Translations under genes and position numbers: made by a program
Virus record (IMG/VR): IMGVR_UViG_3300037511_000161
Coordinates: 1 to 26,275 of that record
DNA: 26,275 nt
DNA from: a virus
Lineage: Duplodnaviria; Caudoviricetes
Reading direction: 5' to 3' (one strand)
Notes under the pieces: model-generated
The model's input: the letters and a program-made list of their open reading frames with translations, nothing else
Told to the model about the DNA's origin: nothing
Database searches by the model: none
In this document: positions 23,367 to 26,275 of the stretch, in pieces
Layout: each line of letters starts with the position of its first letter
Numbering within the stretch: the first letter of the stretch is position 1

Positions 23367-24232
23367 CGATGCCTATCGACGACGTACCGCTGCCGCTCAA
23401 CCTGGAGCCGGAAGAAGACGAATATCCGGTCCATCCGGCCGCGCAGGCATTCCGCATGCTCGCCGAGGACGAGCTACAGGCATTGGCCTACGACATCGCG
23501 GAAAAGGGTTTGTTCGACCCGATCATGCTCGATGCCGCGGGCGAGATGCTGATCGATGGTCGGAACCGGCTGAAAGCCTGTCGGCTGGCTGGCGTCGAGC
23601 CGCGCTTCGAGCGGTTGCCGCCAAGCGTCGATCCGATTGGCTATGTCGTTTCGAAGAATATTGCTCGGCGTGATCTGACAAAGGGGCAAAAGGCGATAGC
23701 GTTGGCGATCCTCTATCCCCAACCTGTACGGGGGAGGGGAAACGTCGATCCCGCAAAAGCTCAAATTGATGCGGCTAAAAAAGATGGAGGCTCTCCATCT
23801 TTTAGCTACGATCTTTTGAACGATGCTCGAAAGATAGTTCCATATCCTGACTTGGTGGATGTGGTCCGCCTAGGCACCAAGCCGTTTAGTGACGCACTCA
23901 ACGAAGCAAAACGCCGCCAGCAAGCCGCAACATCCGAAGAAGCACAACTCGCCCGGTTGCAGGCCGAGGTGCCTGATGTCGCCGCTCTCGTGGTCGAGGG
24001 CACCCTTACGCTTGCGGCCGGCTTGGCGGAACTAGACGAGCGGGCGCGCAAGAGGCGTGTTGCGATCGAGCAAGGCCAGGATGCGGCAGAAGACATTGTG
24101 CCGACATTCGTAGGTCATGTTGCCGCAATGATAACTGCCTGTGAAATAGGCGAACCAGTCACGCTTGATAAAGACCAGAAACATCAACTGCGCGAAGCAT
24201 TTGCGCTGTTAAAAAAGAGGGGAATTATCTGA
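23363..24232 (+). CDS. ParB/Srx N-terminal-domain protein
   Basis: HPAA..F.ML...EL..LA.DI...GL..PI, LIDGRNRL.AC, S.NI.RR.LT..QKA. ATGA overlap with cro. Confidence 0.82.
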   Translation: MTMPIDDVPLPLNLEPEEDEYPVHPAAQAFRMLAEDELQALAYDIAEKGLFDPIMLDAAGEMLIDGRNRLKACRLAGVEPRFERLPPSVDPIGYVVSKNIARRDLTKGQKAIALAILYPQPVRGRGNVDPAKAQIDAAKKDGGSPSFSYDLLNDARKIVPYPDLVDVVRLGTKPFSDALNEAKRRQQAATSEEAQLARLQAEVPDVAALVVEGTLTLAAGLAELDERARKRRVAIEQGQDAAEDIVPTFVGHVAAMITACEIGEPVTLDKDQKHQLREAFALLKKRGII

Positions 24233-24759
24233 TGCCGAAGATCGATCTCGCGCGCCTCCGGCGCCGTCAGCTAGAAACCATCGCCCGTGCCAAGGCGATG
24301 ATGGAGCCGAACCCAGACGGCGGCTATAATGAGGACGTGCTGCTCGACAAGCTCGTCGAGATCATCCCATTCGATGTCGATAAGGCGCGACGCAAACAAG
24401 CGCAGGCGATGCTCGATGCTGTGGCTCGTCCCGGTGGTACGGAGCCAAGCGGTCAGATTGTGCTTCCCGGCTTTGATGCGTTTGATTACGAACCGAGCCG
24501 ACATATCCGCGATAATTCCCGCAATCTCTATGAAGCTGATGTCGCACCGCTGAACGCCGTTATGGCGGAATCCACGAGAGCGCGGGATCATGCAAACGCC
24601 TCGCTCCACTGGTCAAACATCAAGGCCACCGAAGCTGAGTTGTTTGCCGCCTGGGTGGTCGAACAACTCACCGTGGGACGCCCCGCTCGTGAACTCACCT
24701 GGGGTGCTTTTATCCGCGAAGCCGGCATCTGGAGACCTGACGAAGTAAAGGCATCGTGA
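24232..24759 (+). CDS. Hypothetical protein coupled to the ParB-like gene
   Basis: 175 aa; TGATG overlap; GAGG SD. Confidence 0.7.
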   Translation: MPKIDLARLRRRQLETIARAKAMMEPNPDGGYNEDVLLDKLVEIIPFDVDKARRKQAQAMLDAVARPGGTEPSGQIVLPGFDAFDYEPSRHIRDNSRNLYEADVAPLNAVMAESTRARDHANASLHWSNIKATEAELFAAWVVEQLTVGRPARELTWGAFIREAGIWRPDEVKAS

Positions 24760-25427
24760 GTCGATCCGTGACCCGTCCTGCCCGGCCCGGTCGAGATCCG
24801 GCTGTCTCCCCCGCGGGGGGTCGCGGCGGGACGCTGCCCCCGAGGCCGGGCAGACAGCGCCGGCCGCTGCCGAGCGAGCGGGCGGTGCACCTCCAGGTCG
24901 CCGAATATCTGCGCAAGGTCGGTTTGGGGCCGGGCGCAATAGCTCTGCATGTTCGCAACGAACGCACCGGGACATGGCAAAAGATTGAAGCTCATCGTAT
25001 GGGCATCCTTCCTGGGTGCCCGGATTTTGTTGTGATTAGCAACGGGCGCTGCGGCTTTATCGAACTCAAACGTCCGGGTTGGTCTCGCGCCAAAGCTCGC
25101 AGCGGCAAATATACCGCGCACGAACTGCGACAGGCCGAAGCACAGCGCCTGTTGAAGCTCGCCGGCTGCTGGGTCGAGACGTGCGAGAGCCTCGGTGAGT
25201 TTCTCGGAGCGTTGCGCCGGCACAAGGTGCCGTTGCGCGAGGCGAAGATCGAGACACCGGTCATCACGGCCCTGCGCAACGCGCTTACACAAGCCGAACT
25301 CGAAGCCGACGCGGCCGGCAGCTACACGCATGCGGTGCGCGAGATTGGCCGCTTGGTACAACGTGGGGAGGATCTTCCTCCCTTGCACGCGCATTTGTTT
25401 TCACCGCGAAGGCGAGGCCAATCGTGA
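24756..25427 (+). CDS. VRR-NUC domain nuclease (PD-(D/E)xK; possible Holliday junction resolvase)
   Basis: E...H.QV, HV.NE, MG..PG.PDF, FIELK, Q......L...G..V. Confidence 0.82.
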   Translation: MSRSVTRPARPGRDPAVSPAGGRGGTLPPRPGRQRRPLPSERAVHLQVAEYLRKVGLGPGAIALHVRNERTGTWQKIEAHRMGILPGCPDFVVISNGRCGFIELKRPGWSRAKARSGKYTAHELRQAEAQRLLKLAGCWVETCESLGEFLGALRRHKVPLREAKIETPVITALRNALTQAELEADAAGSYTHAVREIGRLVQRGEDLPPLHAHLFSPRRRGQS

Positions 25428-25615
25428 GGCGGCAAAAGCTTTTCTATCTGATGGATGAACAGTTGATCCATGACCTCGCCGCGCATTTCGAGCTGCTGGA
25501 GGCCGGCGGCGAGCAAACGCCCGAGGTCCAGGAAGACTTATTGGCCCGCCTGCTCAAGTGTCAATTCGTCCGCGCCGATGATCCGCGCGCCGACGACCCG
25601 GAGCAGCCTTTTTAA
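25424..25615 (+). CDS. Small acidic hypothetical protein
   Basis: 63 aa, GTGA overlap, GAGG SD; ends with RADDP twice. Confidence 0.55.
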   Translation: MRRQKLFYLMDEQLIHDLAAHFELLEAGGEQTPEVQEDLLARLLKCQFVRADDPRADDPEQPF

Positions 25616-25628
25616 CCAGGAGGAACCC

Positions 25629-26275
25629 ATGCGTAACACAATTATACCAGCGGCCGTTGCCAGCCTCGCCGCGCTTATTTCTGCGGCGCCGGCAAGTGCC
25701 GAACTGATGGTTTCCTACAATGTCGGCGGCACCACCGCGACGTGCGTGGACAACAACGTCGCCTGCGATACGAACAGCACGATTGGCATCTTGCAGCTCG
25801 CCGATCAGACCATCAACGGCGTCTCCGTCAACGGCCAGATCAGCGCTTCGACCAAAGGCGGCGACAACACGATCACGACATCGAGCTTGAGCGTTATCAA
25901 CAATAACACCACACCGGTTGACATCACGTTCACTGTTGGCGACACCGATTTTCTTGGCCCGATCAATCAATTTTTTGTTAGCGGATCGGGGACATTTAAC
26001 GGCGCTGTCACAGGCTCGACCGTGACATATCAATGGCTGAACGATCCGTCAAACGCACAAGGCGCCGAGACATACAACGATCTCCCAGGGAATGTTCTCG
26101 ACACATTCACCGCAACGCAGACGCTCGCCCGTTCGCAATCATTTTCTTTTGATGATTCCGGCGCGACAACAGACGGCGCGCTTTTCAGCATGACCCTTAC
26201 CGCAAGCGGGACGCTACAGCCCGGCGCGTCGCTCTTGAGCCGTGGCGAGTCTGAAATCAAGCCACAGCTCGCCGT
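25629..26275 (+). CDS. Secreted Thr/Ser/Asn/Gly-rich protein, PEP-CTERM-like (3'-truncated, not in ORF track)
   Basis: AGGAGG SD, ATG at 25629. Sec signal peptide MRNTIIPAAVASLAALISAAPASA. Frame is open for 215 codons to the window end (...SRGESEIKPQLA-V). The sorting signal itself is not visible. Confidence 0.75.
   Translation, partial: MRNTIIPAAVASLAALISAAPASAELMVSYNVGGTTATCVDNNVACDTNSTIGILQLADQTINGVSVNGQISASTKGGDNTITTSSLSVINNNTTPVDITFTVGDTDFLGPINQFFVSGSGTFNGAVTGSTVTYQWLNDPSNAQGAETYNDLPGNVLDTFTATQTLARSQSFSFDDSGATTDGALFSMTLTASGTLQPGASLLSRGESEIKPQLA

Noticed and set aside
25571-25600. 15 nt imperfect duplication encoding RADDP twice
   Set aside because: Only two copies in a low-complexity tail; likely a trivial slippage event.
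25554-26260. Minus-strand ORFs 25554..26033 and 26030..26260
   Set aside because: Antisense shadows of the plus-strand secreted protein gene starting at 25629.

Overview
A 26 kb GC-rich stretch of a lambdoid-style siphophage or prophage, probably of an Alphaproteobacterium (inferred from protein styles and candidate EcfG and LexA motifs). From 1 to 16124 on the + strand is the late structural operon: portal 3' end, collagen-like protein, head-tail joining genes, tail tube, tail chaperone with a -1 slippery site, tape measure, Dit/hub-like genes, a tandem paralog pair and two fibre genes. From 16134 to 17901 is a cluster of small accessory genes punctuated by hairpins, several missing from the ORF track. 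From 17990 to 22167 on the - strand is an early operon (HNH, Bet, YqaJ exonuclease, hypotheticals). From 22352 to 23366 is the immunity region: a CI-like repressor with no peptidase domain, a Cro-like gene and an operator palindrome. From 23363 to the end on the + strand are ParB-like and VRR-NUC genes and a truncated secreted protein resembling PEP-CTERM proteins. No integrase, endolysin, replication initiator, tRNA or CRISPR array is visible. The best leads are (1) possible host-stress wiring of induction (EcfG-type promoter convergent on a non-cleavable repressor, plus a LexA-box-like site before an orphan small gene), (2) a phage-borne PEP-CTERM-like exported protein, and (3) tandem tail paralogs whose conserved serines have switched codon family. 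All family calls come from motif recognition by eye; no database search was run.
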